From assembly GCA_016928955.1 (NCBI GenBank), contig JAFGJV010000004.1, positions 1-64,000 on the forward strand: 64,000 bases of DNA. Direction: 5' to 3'. Position 1 is the first letter of the stretch; each line of letters begins with the position of its first letter. Positions 38,396-46,596 of the stretch are shown here, one piece after another. The notes beneath the pieces are model-generated. The model ran no database searches and was not told where the DNA came from. It saw only the letters and a list, made by a program, of their open reading frames with translations. This DNA comes from Spirochaetales bacterium. GTDB lineage: Bacteria > Spirochaetota > Spirochaetia > Treponematales > UBA12059. A program made the position numbers and the translations under genes.

Positions 38396-39912
38396 AGGCG
38401 GCCGGCGGAAAAACGAAGGGGCGTTTTCCTGCGCTCTACGTGGCATCCGCCGTTCTCATGTTTTCCCTGGTCATGTTTGCCGCGGGACTGGACCACAGGG
38501 CCAGAAAACAAACGTACATAGACGAGCATATCGAGCTTCTTACATCGCGCCTGGATGCCACCGTAAAAAGCCTGGAAACCTTCTCCCGCTACGTGTTTGA
38601 GGTATCGGTTAACAGGCCAGAACAGCTCGGATTGGTATCAAGCGCCTGGCGTGAGCACCCTGAAGCCCGGGCCCCGTACCGGGACCGGCTCTATGAGCTG
38701 ATGCTGCCTTTGTACGAGCGGCTCGAGAGCTTTGACTTCCGCCAGCTACATTTTCATTTTCCTGACAGCGTCAGCTTCCTCAGGATGCACAGCCCCGATT
38801 TCTTTGGCGATGACCTGAGCGGTGTGCGAGAAAGCGTGCGGCTCGCAAATTCGGAGCTAAGGCGCGTGACCGGCTTTGAGGAAGGGCGCATATTCAACGG
38901 CTACCGTTTCGTGTATCCCCTGTTTTTTGAGAACGAACATTGCGGCTCCGTTGAGGTGTCTTTTTCCATGGGCTCGTTCATATCGGTACTGGAGCGGCTG
39001 TCGGATTGCGCGTACCTGTTTGCCATCAAACGTAGTTTGGTGGAGGCGACCGTCTTTGAGGAGAAGCAGGGCAATTACGTGCCCAGCTGGTTTTCAGACG
39101 ACTACCTGTTTGATGTCGCGATTAAGAATAGACAGGAAGATGAACGCCTGTTTTACTCCATGCGGGAAGGGATACAGGGGCTGCTCGAGGCAGGCGGGGA
39201 TTTTGGCGTGGTCATACGATGGAACCACCATGACTACCGCGTTTTGTTCAAGTCCATCCGGAACTTGCATGGCGACGAGGTTGCGTACCTGGTAACGTGC
39301 GACCAGGATCAAGGGTACAGGCAGCTCAGAAGCGACTTTCTATCGTATTCGGCCATAGGCACGATAGGCTATGCCGTGCTGACCGTGCTTCTATACCTAG
39401 TGATCCGGGAACGGCGCAAGCTCAAGCTTATGTCCACCACGGACGCCTTGACAGGGTTGAGCAACCGGCGGCGCTTTATCGAGCTGACCGAGACCGAGCT
39501 TGGGCGCAGCCGCCGTTATGGCACAGCAACTGCCCTCATCATGCTGGACATAGACGATTTCAAGCGCATCAACGACCAGTACGGACACAACCAGGGCGAC
39601 GTGGTACTCAGGGCGGTGGCCAGGATACTCAAGGAGTCGCTCAGGGTAACCGACGAACTGGGACGCTGGGGCGGCGAGGAATTCATAGTGCTGCTTCCGA
39701 ACACGGTCGCCGCCGCCGCCCTGTCCGTGGCCGGAAAGGTGGTGAGCGCGGTCAGGGATAGCCGCCTTGGGCCGGAAGCGTCGCTTACCATCAGCGCGGG
39801 CGTGGCCGAATACCGCCGACCGGAAGGCATGGAAGCCCTGGTGGCCAGGGCCGACGCCGCCCTGTACCAGGCAAAGAGCCAGGGCAAGAACAGGGCCATC
39901 GGTTCCGACTGA
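38392..39912 (+). CDS. Diguanylate cyclase with Cache sensor domain
   Basis: FRQLHFH...SFLRMH Cache; DALTGLSNRR, DIDDFKRIND, RVTD I-site, GGEEF. Confidence 0.92.
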   Translation: MKAAGGKTKGRFPALYVASAVLMFSLVMFAAGLDHRARKQTYIDEHIELLTSRLDATVKSLETFSRYVFEVSVNRPEQLGLVSSAWREHPEARAPYRDRLYELMLPLYERLESFDFRQLHFHFPDSVSFLRMHSPDFFGDDLSGVRESVRLANSELRRVTGFEEGRIFNGYRFVYPLFFENEHCGSVEVSFSMGSFISVLERLSDCAYLFAIKRSLVEATVFEEKQGNYVPSWFSDDYLFDVAIKNRQEDERLFYSMREGIQGLLEAGGDFGVVIRWNHHDYRVLFKSIRNLHGDEVAYLVTCDQDQGYRQLRSDFLSYSAIGTIGYAVLTVLLYLVIRERRKLKLMSTTDALTGLSNRRRFIELTETELGRSRRYGTATALIMLDIDDFKRINDQYGHNQGDVVLRAVARILKESLRVTDELGRWGGEEFIVLLPNTVAAAALSVAGKVVSAVRDSRLGPEASLTISAGVAEYRRPEGMEALVARADAALYQAKSQGKNRAIGSD

Positions 39913-39928
39913 GAAAGCGCCAGCCCCG

Positions 39929-41536
39929 CTAGAAGGCGGCAACGCAGCCGTCGGTGCGCTTTTCCGTGGCGCCGCATAGCACGCCGGTGCCGTCCCGCCA
40001 TATGATCTGGCCGCGCCCGAACGACCCGGCATCCCTCTCCACCGTGATGTCGTGCCCGCGGGCAAGCAGGGCTTCAACAAGCGAGCTGTCATAGTCGGCC
40101 TCTACCTGCACCGCCAGGCCTTGAGTCCACTGGAAGCGCGGGGCGTCCAGGGCTTCTTGTGGATTGCGGCCGTGTTTCAGGGCGTGGACAAGCACCTGAA
40201 GGTGGCCCTGCGGCTGCATAAAGCCGCCCATCACGCCGAAGGGACCAACGGCCGCGTCGTCCTTGGTGAGGAAACCGGGAATGATGGTGTGGTATGGACG
40301 CTTGCCGGGTTCAAGCATGTTGGGGTGCCCGGCGCGGGTGGAAAAATTGTGCCCGCGGTTGTGCAGGGCTATGCCCGTGCCTGGCACCACGATGCCAGAG
40401 CCAAAGCCCATGTAGTTGCTCTGTATGTACGACACCATGCAGCCGCTGGCGTCCGCAGTGGCCAGGTATACCGTGCCGCCCCGGTCAGGAGAACCGGCCG
40501 CGGGGACCAACGCGCGCTGGCCGATCAGCGAGCGTCGTTCCGCAAGGTAGCCTGGATCAAGAAGGCTATCAGCCCCGTATGGCATGGCTCCCGGTTCGGC
40601 AACGTAGGCGGCGGCGTCGGCAAAGGCCAGCTTGAGGGCCTCAATCTGGAGGTGGGCTGCCTGGTCTGGCGGCAGGCCGGCAAGATCGTCCGTATCCAGC
40701 ATGCCCAGGGCCATGAGGGCAACGAGTCCCTGCCCGTTGGGCGGTATTTCCCATACCCGGTGGCCCATGAAGTCTACGCCGACCGGCTCCACCCACTCGG
40801 GCTGAAAGGCGGCCAGGTCGGAGGCGCGCAGGAAGCCGCCGGTAGCGCGGGAGTGCGCGTCAACGAGAGCGGCCAGGCGGCCGCGGTAGAAGGACTCGCA
40901 GGCCGTGTCTGCCAGCTCGCCCAGGGTGGCCGCGTGCTCGGGGCTGTTCCACAGGGAGCCAGCGCGAGGGGCATGGCCGGCAGGAGCGAATACGCGGAAC
41001 CACTCCCTGAACACATCGTCCTTGAGGGCGACGCTATACGCAGCGTGGGCCTTGCCCCAGTACCGGGCGCACACCGGCGATACCGGATAGCCATCGCGCG
41101 CGTAGCGCACGGCCGCCTCAAGGAGGTCGGCAAAGGGCAGGGCTCCGAAACGGCGCGACAGGGCGGACCATGCAGACGGAGCTCCGGGAACGGTAACGGG
41201 CTCCCAGCCGTGCTTGGCTATGAGAGGAGGATCCTGGCGAGCCAGCGCGGCCAGGGATAGCGCCTTGGGCGCCGGGCCCGACGCGTTCAGGCCATACAAT
41301 CGGCCGTCTTTCCATACCAGGGCAAAGGCGTCACCGCCTATGCCGTTGGCCGTGGGTTCCAGCACGGTCAGGGCGGCGGCCGTGGCCACCGCGGCGTCCA
41401 CGGCGTTGCCGCCGCGTTTCAGGACATCAAGGCCGGCCTGGGCAGCCAGCGGCTGGCCGGTGCATACCATGCCGTTCCTGGCATAGACCACGGAGCGGGC
41501 CGAGGGGAATTCGCGCGAGTCGGGGTTGAAATTCAT
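39929..41536 (-). CDS. ggt: Gamma-glutamyltransferase family protein
   Basis: GGNAVDAA, GIGGD, GTVY nucleophile, PGKRPYHTIIP, GVMGGFMQPQG. Confidence 0.93.
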   Translation of the reverse strand: MNFNPDSREFPSARSVVYARNGMVCTGQPLAAQAGLDVLKRGGNAVDAAVATAAALTVLEPTANGIGGDAFALVWKDGRLYGLNASGPAPKALSLAALARQDPPLIAKHGWEPVTVPGAPSAWSALSRRFGALPFADLLEAAVRYARDGYPVSPVCARYWGKAHAAYSVALKDDVFREWFRVFAPAGHAPRAGSLWNSPEHAATLGELADTACESFYRGRLAALVDAHSRATGGFLRASDLAAFQPEWVEPVGVDFMGHRVWEIPPNGQGLVALMALGMLDTDDLAGLPPDQAAHLQIEALKLAFADAAAYVAEPGAMPYGADSLLDPGYLAERRSLIGQRALVPAAGSPDRGGTVYLATADASGCMVSYIQSNYMGFGSGIVVPGTGIALHNRGHNFSTRAGHPNMLEPGKRPYHTIIPGFLTKDDAAVGPFGVMGGFMQPQGHLQVLVHALKHGRNPQEALDAPRFQWTQGLAVQVEADYDSSLVEALLARGHDITVERDAGSFGRGQIIWRDGTGVLCGATEKRTDGCVAAF

Positions 41537-41618
41537 GTGGCAAGTATACACGCTCCCAAGCGGCGGGGGGAGAGCGAACTTGCGCATTTTGCTCCAGGCG
41601 GCGATACTCCCTTGCGGC

Positions 41619-42320
41619 ATGGAAACAGGCTTTGAACTGGACATAGGAAGCAAGCTCTATCGGGCAACGGTGGGCGCGGACGGACGCGTGCGCGTTCGGC
41701 CGGAACCGCGAGCCGCCCAGACGGAAGTTCTGGTCCGCTTAGGGCCCGGCGGCGGAACAGTGGCCGCCGGCCAGCATCAAGAGCTTGCGGATACATTCTC
41801 GGACAAGGAGTTCTGGGAAACCCTGGGTGCGGCTGATGCCGACAAGCTGTCGGAGTTGGCGGGTCGGGCCGCCAAGGAAGCAGCATCTGCGGATCCAGGC
41901 GCCAGGACCATGGCCGGGGCGCTTGCCATAGAATTCGCCGTGACGGCGGCCAGGGCGCGCGCGATGGTGTCGGGCATGCGCTGGCGCGAACCGGCTGGCG
42001 TGTGGTCGCTGGACGATGTTGTGCGCTGCATAGAGCTGAACTACAGCCGCAATTTCAGCCTGGAATTTTTCGTGGGCAAGTGCGCCAGCAACACTTCGGA
42101 TTTTTCCAGGCGCTTCAAGGAGAGGGCGGGGTGCCCCCTATTCGAGTACATAAACCGCCAGCGCGTAAAACGGGCGGCGGCCCTGCTCAAGGCAACATCC
42201 AGGCCCATCATCGAGATATCGGAAGCCGTGGGCTATAACAACTTGTCGTTTTTCAACCGCTATTTCCTCCGCATCATGGGCATGAGCCCACGGGATTTCC
42301 GTTTATCCTCCGCAAGATAG
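41619..42320 (+). CDS. AraC family transcriptional regulator
   Basis: C-terminal FSRRFK...G, YINRQR, ISEAVGYNNLSFFNRYF...GMSPRDFR. Confidence 0.88.
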   Translation: METGFELDIGSKLYRATVGADGRVRVRPEPRAAQTEVLVRLGPGGGTVAAGQHQELADTFSDKEFWETLGAADADKLSELAGRAAKEAASADPGARTMAGALAIEFAVTAARARAMVSGMRWREPAGVWSLDDVVRCIELNYSRNFSLEFFVGKCASNTSDFSRRFKERAGCPLFEYINRQRVKRAAALLKATSRPIIEISEAVGYNNLSFFNRYFLRIMGMSPRDFRLSSAR

Positions 42321-42384
42321 TGCCTGATTCGCAGGCCAAATACGCAAGATAGTGCAAGACCCCAACGCGTAACCGGTTTACGTT
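42311..42384 (+). promoter_or_regulatory. Direct repeats, candidate AraC operator/promoter
   Basis: CGCAAGATAGTGC at 42311 and 42343; the second runs into CAAGAC, 18 nt before TACGTT. Confidence 0.55.
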
Positions 42385-42463
42385 TGTGCATAGGCGCCAG
42401 GGTAGCCAGGCATCACTATGGCACGTCCAGATGCCAGCCACGGGCGGCGCGTTGGAGGCGACA

Positions 42464-42733
42464 ATGAAGGAACAAGCGGAAAAGGGCGACGCTCGTGTGG
42501 ACTCAGGCAGGGTACAGCTGGACGCCGTGGTGGTGTTGGCGCGATCCGAGCTGAGCCCGGCCGAGGCCGACTCAGCCAGGACCGGGTCTGGCCTGCGCAT
42601 GAAGGCGGCACAGGGAGGCACCGTGTGGCTGGAAGCCGGCGGCGTGACGCTGGCCGAGGGCCGACTGGCCAGGAGAAAGGGCGTTACGTCCTTTGTGGTC
42701 AGCAAGGTATACGGAGAGGAGGCCGGACGATGA
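42464..42733 (+). CDS. Degenerate SpoA (FliM/FliN C-terminal-like) small protein
   Basis: AVVVLARSELS...VWLEAGGVTLAEGRL pattern; RBS GGAGG; coupled to the fliN-like gene. Confidence 0.55.
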   Translation: MKEQAEKGDARVDSGRVQLDAVVVLARSELSPAEADSARTGSGLRMKAAQGGTVWLEAGGVTLAEGRLARRKGVTSFVVSKVYGEEAGR

Positions 42734-42969
42734 AAACGGGAAACGTGAACGACGCTATGGTCAGACTGCAGGTGGTGCTCGGGGAGCGGTGTTTGTCCGT
42801 ACGGGACCTGGGCACCGTGGGCGAGGGCTCCATCGTAAAGCTGGACGCCATAGCCGGCGAGCCCGTGGCCTTGCTGGCCGAGGGACAAACTGTGGCCTGG
42901 GGAGAGGTGGTGGTGCTTGACGAAAATTTCGGCATCAGGGTCACCAAGCTGGACAGGGGCTCGCTATGA
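42730..42969 (+). CDS. fliN: FliN-like flagellar switch protein
   Basis: VVLGERCLSVRDL, GEGSIVKLD, GEPV, GEVVVLDENFGIRVT. Confidence 0.85.
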   Translation: MKTGNVNDAMVRLQVVLGERCLSVRDLGTVGEGSIVKLDAIAGEPVALLAEGQTVAWGEVVVLDENFGIRVTKLDRGSL

Positions 42970-44783
42970 GCGCGGGACCAGGTACGGTTTTGCCCCCCTT
43001 TATGGTGGGGCCGCGGGGCAGGGAACCCCTGCCGGAGCGCGTCAAGCTGTACGATTTCCGCCGGCCTGACAAATTCACCAAAGACCAGATCCGCACCATG
43101 CAGATACTGGCCGAGACGTTCGGAAAGCTGGCAGAGACGGCCTTGTCGGCAAAGCTGCGTACCCTGGTGGCCCTGGAGCTGGATACAGTCGACCAGGAGA
43201 CCTACGACGAGTTCACGGCTCCGCTCTGCGCTCCAACCGTGCTGGCAGTGGCGACCATGCGGCCTCTCAAGGGCCAGGCCGTGCTGAGAATCAGCATGGA
43301 CGCGGCTGACGCCATCCTGGAGCGAGCCTTCGGCTCGCAGGATGCGGTTTTGCCCGAGGCGTTGAAACGCGAGCTTACCGACATAGAGTGCGCCAGCATG
43401 GAACGGCTCATGCCTGCCTTCCTGAATCCCCTGGCCAGCGCCTGGGAATTCGCCGGAGCCCTGGAAACGGAGCTGGTGACTCTGGAGACCAATCCGCGCT
43501 TTTGCCAGATAGTGCCTCCGAACGAAATGATCATCATCACATCGTTCAGGCTGAAGGTGGGCGGCTCGGAAGGGCGCCTGGACGTGGTGTATCCCTTCCT
43601 GCTCCTTGAGCCGCTGATATCCAAGCTGTCGGCCAAGTACTGGTACTCGCGCCGAGTGCCCGAGGAAGATCGTCCCCTGGAAGCGACAGCGCGCGCCACG
43701 CGCCTGCCTGCTGAGCTGGTGTGCCCCGCGGGAAAAATCAGCGTGGGCGAGCTGTCGCGCCTGAAGAGGGGTACGGTCATCCCGTTACCCGCCCTGGACC
43801 AGGGCAGAACCGTACTCAGGCTGGGCGGCAGGGTCGTTGCGGTCTGCCCGGGTACGCGGAAGGACGGCGGTGACTGGACGGCGTGCGCCAACGGTAGCCA
43901 CGCGCAACGGCCGAATGGCGAAGGCGACGACACGCCGGCGGCGGTGGCCGCTGGCATCAAGGATGCCCTGTCGTCGCTCAAGTCCGGACTGGCTGAGGCC
44001 GTGGACGGACTGGGGAAGCGCATAGACGAGCTTAAAGGCAGCCAGGAGGACATGGCGGACCGCGTGTTCTACGGCCAGGCAGACGCCCAGGAACGCCGGC
44101 GCCCCTTCCAGGAACTCGGCGGCGCGGATGCCAAGGCTTTGGCCCTGTTCCTGGCCAACGAGAGGGCCCAGCTGTGCGCCCTGGTGTTGTCCCATCTGGA
44201 CGAGGCGGCGGGCGCGCGCGTGTTGCCCTTCCTGCCGGACGCGGCGCAGACGGACATCATACGCCGGGTGGCCCTGTTCGATGGCGCCCCCCAGGACGTG
44301 GTTGCCGAGGTGGACCGCGTGCTCGGCGTCAAGATGGCGGCCATAGAACGGTCCAGGGCCAGCCAGGGCTCCATGGGCCTGTCCAAGGCCGTGGGTATAC
44401 TCAGCCTGGTGCCTCGCGACACGGAGAAGCTGGTCATCGGGACCATGGAAAGCGCCAACGCCGAGCTTGCCGAGAGCATCAAGCGCAACATGTTCGTGTT
44501 CGAGGATATCGTCATACTGGACGACGAATCCGTGGAAGCCGTGCTCAACATGGCTGATAGGCAGGACCTGCTGGTGGCCATGAAGGTCATGGACGACAGG
44601 GAACGCGAGCGGCTGTTTGCCCGCTTTCCGGCGGCCGCGCGGGACGGGCTGCGGGCAGAATACAAGACCCTTGGACGGAAGCGGGTCCGCGAATGCGACG
44701 AGGCGGGCGCCCGCGTGGTGGCCGTCATCAAGGCCCTGGAGGAGGAAGGCCGCATAGGCATACTCCGGGCGGACGAAGGCTGA
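42966..44783 (+). CDS. FliM-FliG fusion protein
   Basis: FliM: YDFRRPDKFTKDQIRT, RELTDIE, ETNPRFCQIVPPNEM. FliG M/C: PF, NERAQLCALVLSHL, LAESIKRNMFVFEDI, LEEEGRI. Confidence 0.85.
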   Translation: MSAGPGTVLPPFMVGPRGREPLPERVKLYDFRRPDKFTKDQIRTMQILAETFGKLAETALSAKLRTLVALELDTVDQETYDEFTAPLCAPTVLAVATMRPLKGQAVLRISMDAADAILERAFGSQDAVLPEALKRELTDIECASMERLMPAFLNPLASAWEFAGALETELVTLETNPRFCQIVPPNEMIIITSFRLKVGGSEGRLDVVYPFLLLEPLISKLSAKYWYSRRVPEEDRPLEATARATRLPAELVCPAGKISVGELSRLKRGTVIPLPALDQGRTVLRLGGRVVAVCPGTRKDGGDWTACANGSHAQRPNGEGDDTPAAVAAGIKDALSSLKSGLAEAVDGLGKRIDELKGSQEDMADRVFYGQADAQERRRPFQELGGADAKALALFLANERAQLCALVLSHLDEAAGARVLPFLPDAAQTDIIRRVALFDGAPQDVVAEVDRVLGVKMAAIERSRASQGSMGLSKAVGILSLVPRDTEKLVIGTMESANAELAESIKRNMFVFEDIVILDDESVEAVLNMADRQDLLVAMKVMDDRERERLFARFPAAARDGLRAEYKTLGRKRVRECDEAGARVVAVIKALEEEGRIGILRADEG

Positions 44784-44831
44784 GATCAGGGCGTCAGAGG
44801 CGGCGCGGAACAAAGCGCGCAACCAAACGGT

Positions 44832-44863
44832 CCCTCCGCTGTCGAAGGATGGCGGAGGGTTTT
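44832..44863 (+). terminator. Hairpin plus T tract, probable terminator
   Basis: CCCTCCGCTGTC-GAAG-GATGGCGGAGGG-TTTT. Confidence 0.55.
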
Positions 44864-44868
44864 CATTT

Positions 44869-46596
44869 ATGGCATACGACTACACGCGCGACACCATAGC
44901 CGATATTCCGGCCCGCGGGGCCCTTTTGTACTGCGATATGCCCGCCCTGGGCATGGCCGGCGGATCGACAATCACCTACAAGGAACTCGAGCTTCAGTCC
45001 AGGCGGGCGGCCGCCCGGCTCATGGCCATGAACGTGCGCACAGGCGACCGGGTATTGATATTGTCTGAGAACCGACCGGAATGGGGCATCGTGTCCTTTG
45101 CGGTGGCCAGGGCGGGAGCAGTGGCCGTGCCCGTGCTCACGGATTTCTCCGCCGACCAGATACGGGCCATCGCCGAGCACTCGGGAGCGACCGTGGCGTA
45201 CGCGTCGTCCAAGCAAGAGGGCAAGCTGGCTGGCCTCGGGCTCCACGTGTTGGCCATCAAGGATCTGTCCAGACTGCCCACCGCGGATGACAGTGGCGTG
45301 GCCTTCATACAGCCAGAGATACGGCCGAGCGACCTTGCGGCCATCGTGTACACGTCCGGCACCACGGGCGCGCCCAAGGGCGTGATGCTTACCCACGCCA
45401 ACTATCTGTCCGACGCCCTTGCCTGTCGTCCCGTTATCAGCCTGCGCACGGACGACGTGGCCCTGTCCATACTGCCTCTGGCCCACACCTACGAGTACAC
45501 CATAGGCTTCCTGATTCCGATGATGAGCGGAGCTTCCGTTCGCTATCTGGACAGGCCGCCGTCCAGCTCCGTGCTTCTGCCGGCTTTGGCGGCCGTGAGG
45601 CCGACCATCGTGCTGTCCGTGCCGCTGGTGATCGAGAAGATATACCGCGCGGCCGTGCAGCCGGGCCTTGAGCGACTGACTCTGTACCGCTCGCCCATGG
45701 CGCGACGCCTGCTTGAGCGCCTGGCCGGAGCCAAGCTCAGGCGGAGCTTTGGAGGGCGCTTGCGCTTCTTTGGCATAGGAGGGGCGCCTTTGGATCCGGA
45801 AGTGGAGCGTTTCCTTCTGTCGGCGCGCTTCCCCTTTGCCATAGGCTACGGACTCACGGAGACTGCGCCCATCATCGTGGCGGCGGCCGTGGGCAAAACC
45901 GGACCGCGGCTTACCGGTACGGCCTTGCCCGGCGCCGATATCGTCATAGCCGACGCAAAACAGGAAGACGGCGGACGCGAGGTGGGCGAGCTCCGCGTAA
46001 AGGGACCTATGGTGTTTTCCGGATACTACAAGGACCCGGCGCGCACGGCGGACGCCTTTGACCAGAACGGATACTTCCGCACGGGCGACCTTGCCAGCCG
46101 CGACGAGGGCGGGCGCATACGCCTGCGGGGCAGGCTGAAGACCATGATCCTTGGTCCAACGGGGGAGAATATCTATCCCGAGGACGTGGAAGCGGTGCTC
46201 AATTCGTCGCCCTGGGTGGCCGAGTCCCTGGTGTACGGCGGGGAGGACGGGCTGGCCGCCCTCATCATGCTCAAGCCCGAGCTGGTCGAGGAGCTGGGCG
46301 CCTGTGTGGTGGACGGCATGAAGGGCGCTGAGAGGGCGGCCGCGCGCTGGGGAGCCGTCATAGGCGCGGCCATCCTGTCGGCGGAGAAATCCGCGGAGAA
46401 GGCCGTGGTCCGCGTGCTGGACGCCGTGAGGAGGGAGACTAACGCCAGGCTGGCCGGTTTTTCCCGCCTGTCCAGGGTGTATGCCCAGACCGAGCCTTTT
46501 GAGAAAACGCCAACGCAGAAAATCAAGCGCTACCTGTACCCCCGCTCTTCTCAAAAAGAGCCTGAGGCACAGGACGCGTCAACCGTCAGCGCTTGA
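44869..46596 (+). CDS. fadD: Long-chain fatty acid-CoA ligase (AMP-binding)
   Basis: YTSGTTGAPKGVMLTH, GYGLTE, FRTGDL, GENIYPE. Confidence 0.9.
   Translation: MAYDYTRDTIADIPARGALLYCDMPALGMAGGSTITYKELELQSRRAAARLMAMNVRTGDRVLILSENRPEWGIVSFAVARAGAVAVPVLTDFSADQIRAIAEHSGATVAYASSKQEGKLAGLGLHVLAIKDLSRLPTADDSGVAFIQPEIRPSDLAAIVYTSGTTGAPKGVMLTHANYLSDALACRPVISLRTDDVALSILPLAHTYEYTIGFLIPMMSGASVRYLDRPPSSSVLLPALAAVRPTIVLSVPLVIEKIYRAAVQPGLERLTLYRSPMARRLLERLAGAKLRRSFGGRLRFFGIGGAPLDPEVERFLLSARFPFAIGYGLTETAPIIVAAAVGKTGPRLTGTALPGADIVIADAKQEDGGREVGELRVKGPMVFSGYYKDPARTADAFDQNGYFRTGDLASRDEGGRIRLRGRLKTMILGPTGENIYPEDVEAVLNSSPWVAESLVYGGEDGLAALIMLKPELVEELGACVVDGMKGAERAAARWGAVIGAAILSAEKSAEKAVVRVLDAVRRETNARLAGFSRLSRVYAQTEPFEKTPTQKIKRYLYPRSSQKEPEAQDASTVSA

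Noticed and set aside
44863..46554. Long antisense or alternate-frame ORFs (here, and e.g. 40052..41260, 4010..5134, 10705..11925)
   Set aside because: Shadow ORFs typical of high-GC coding DNA, overlapping well-supported genes, with no motifs
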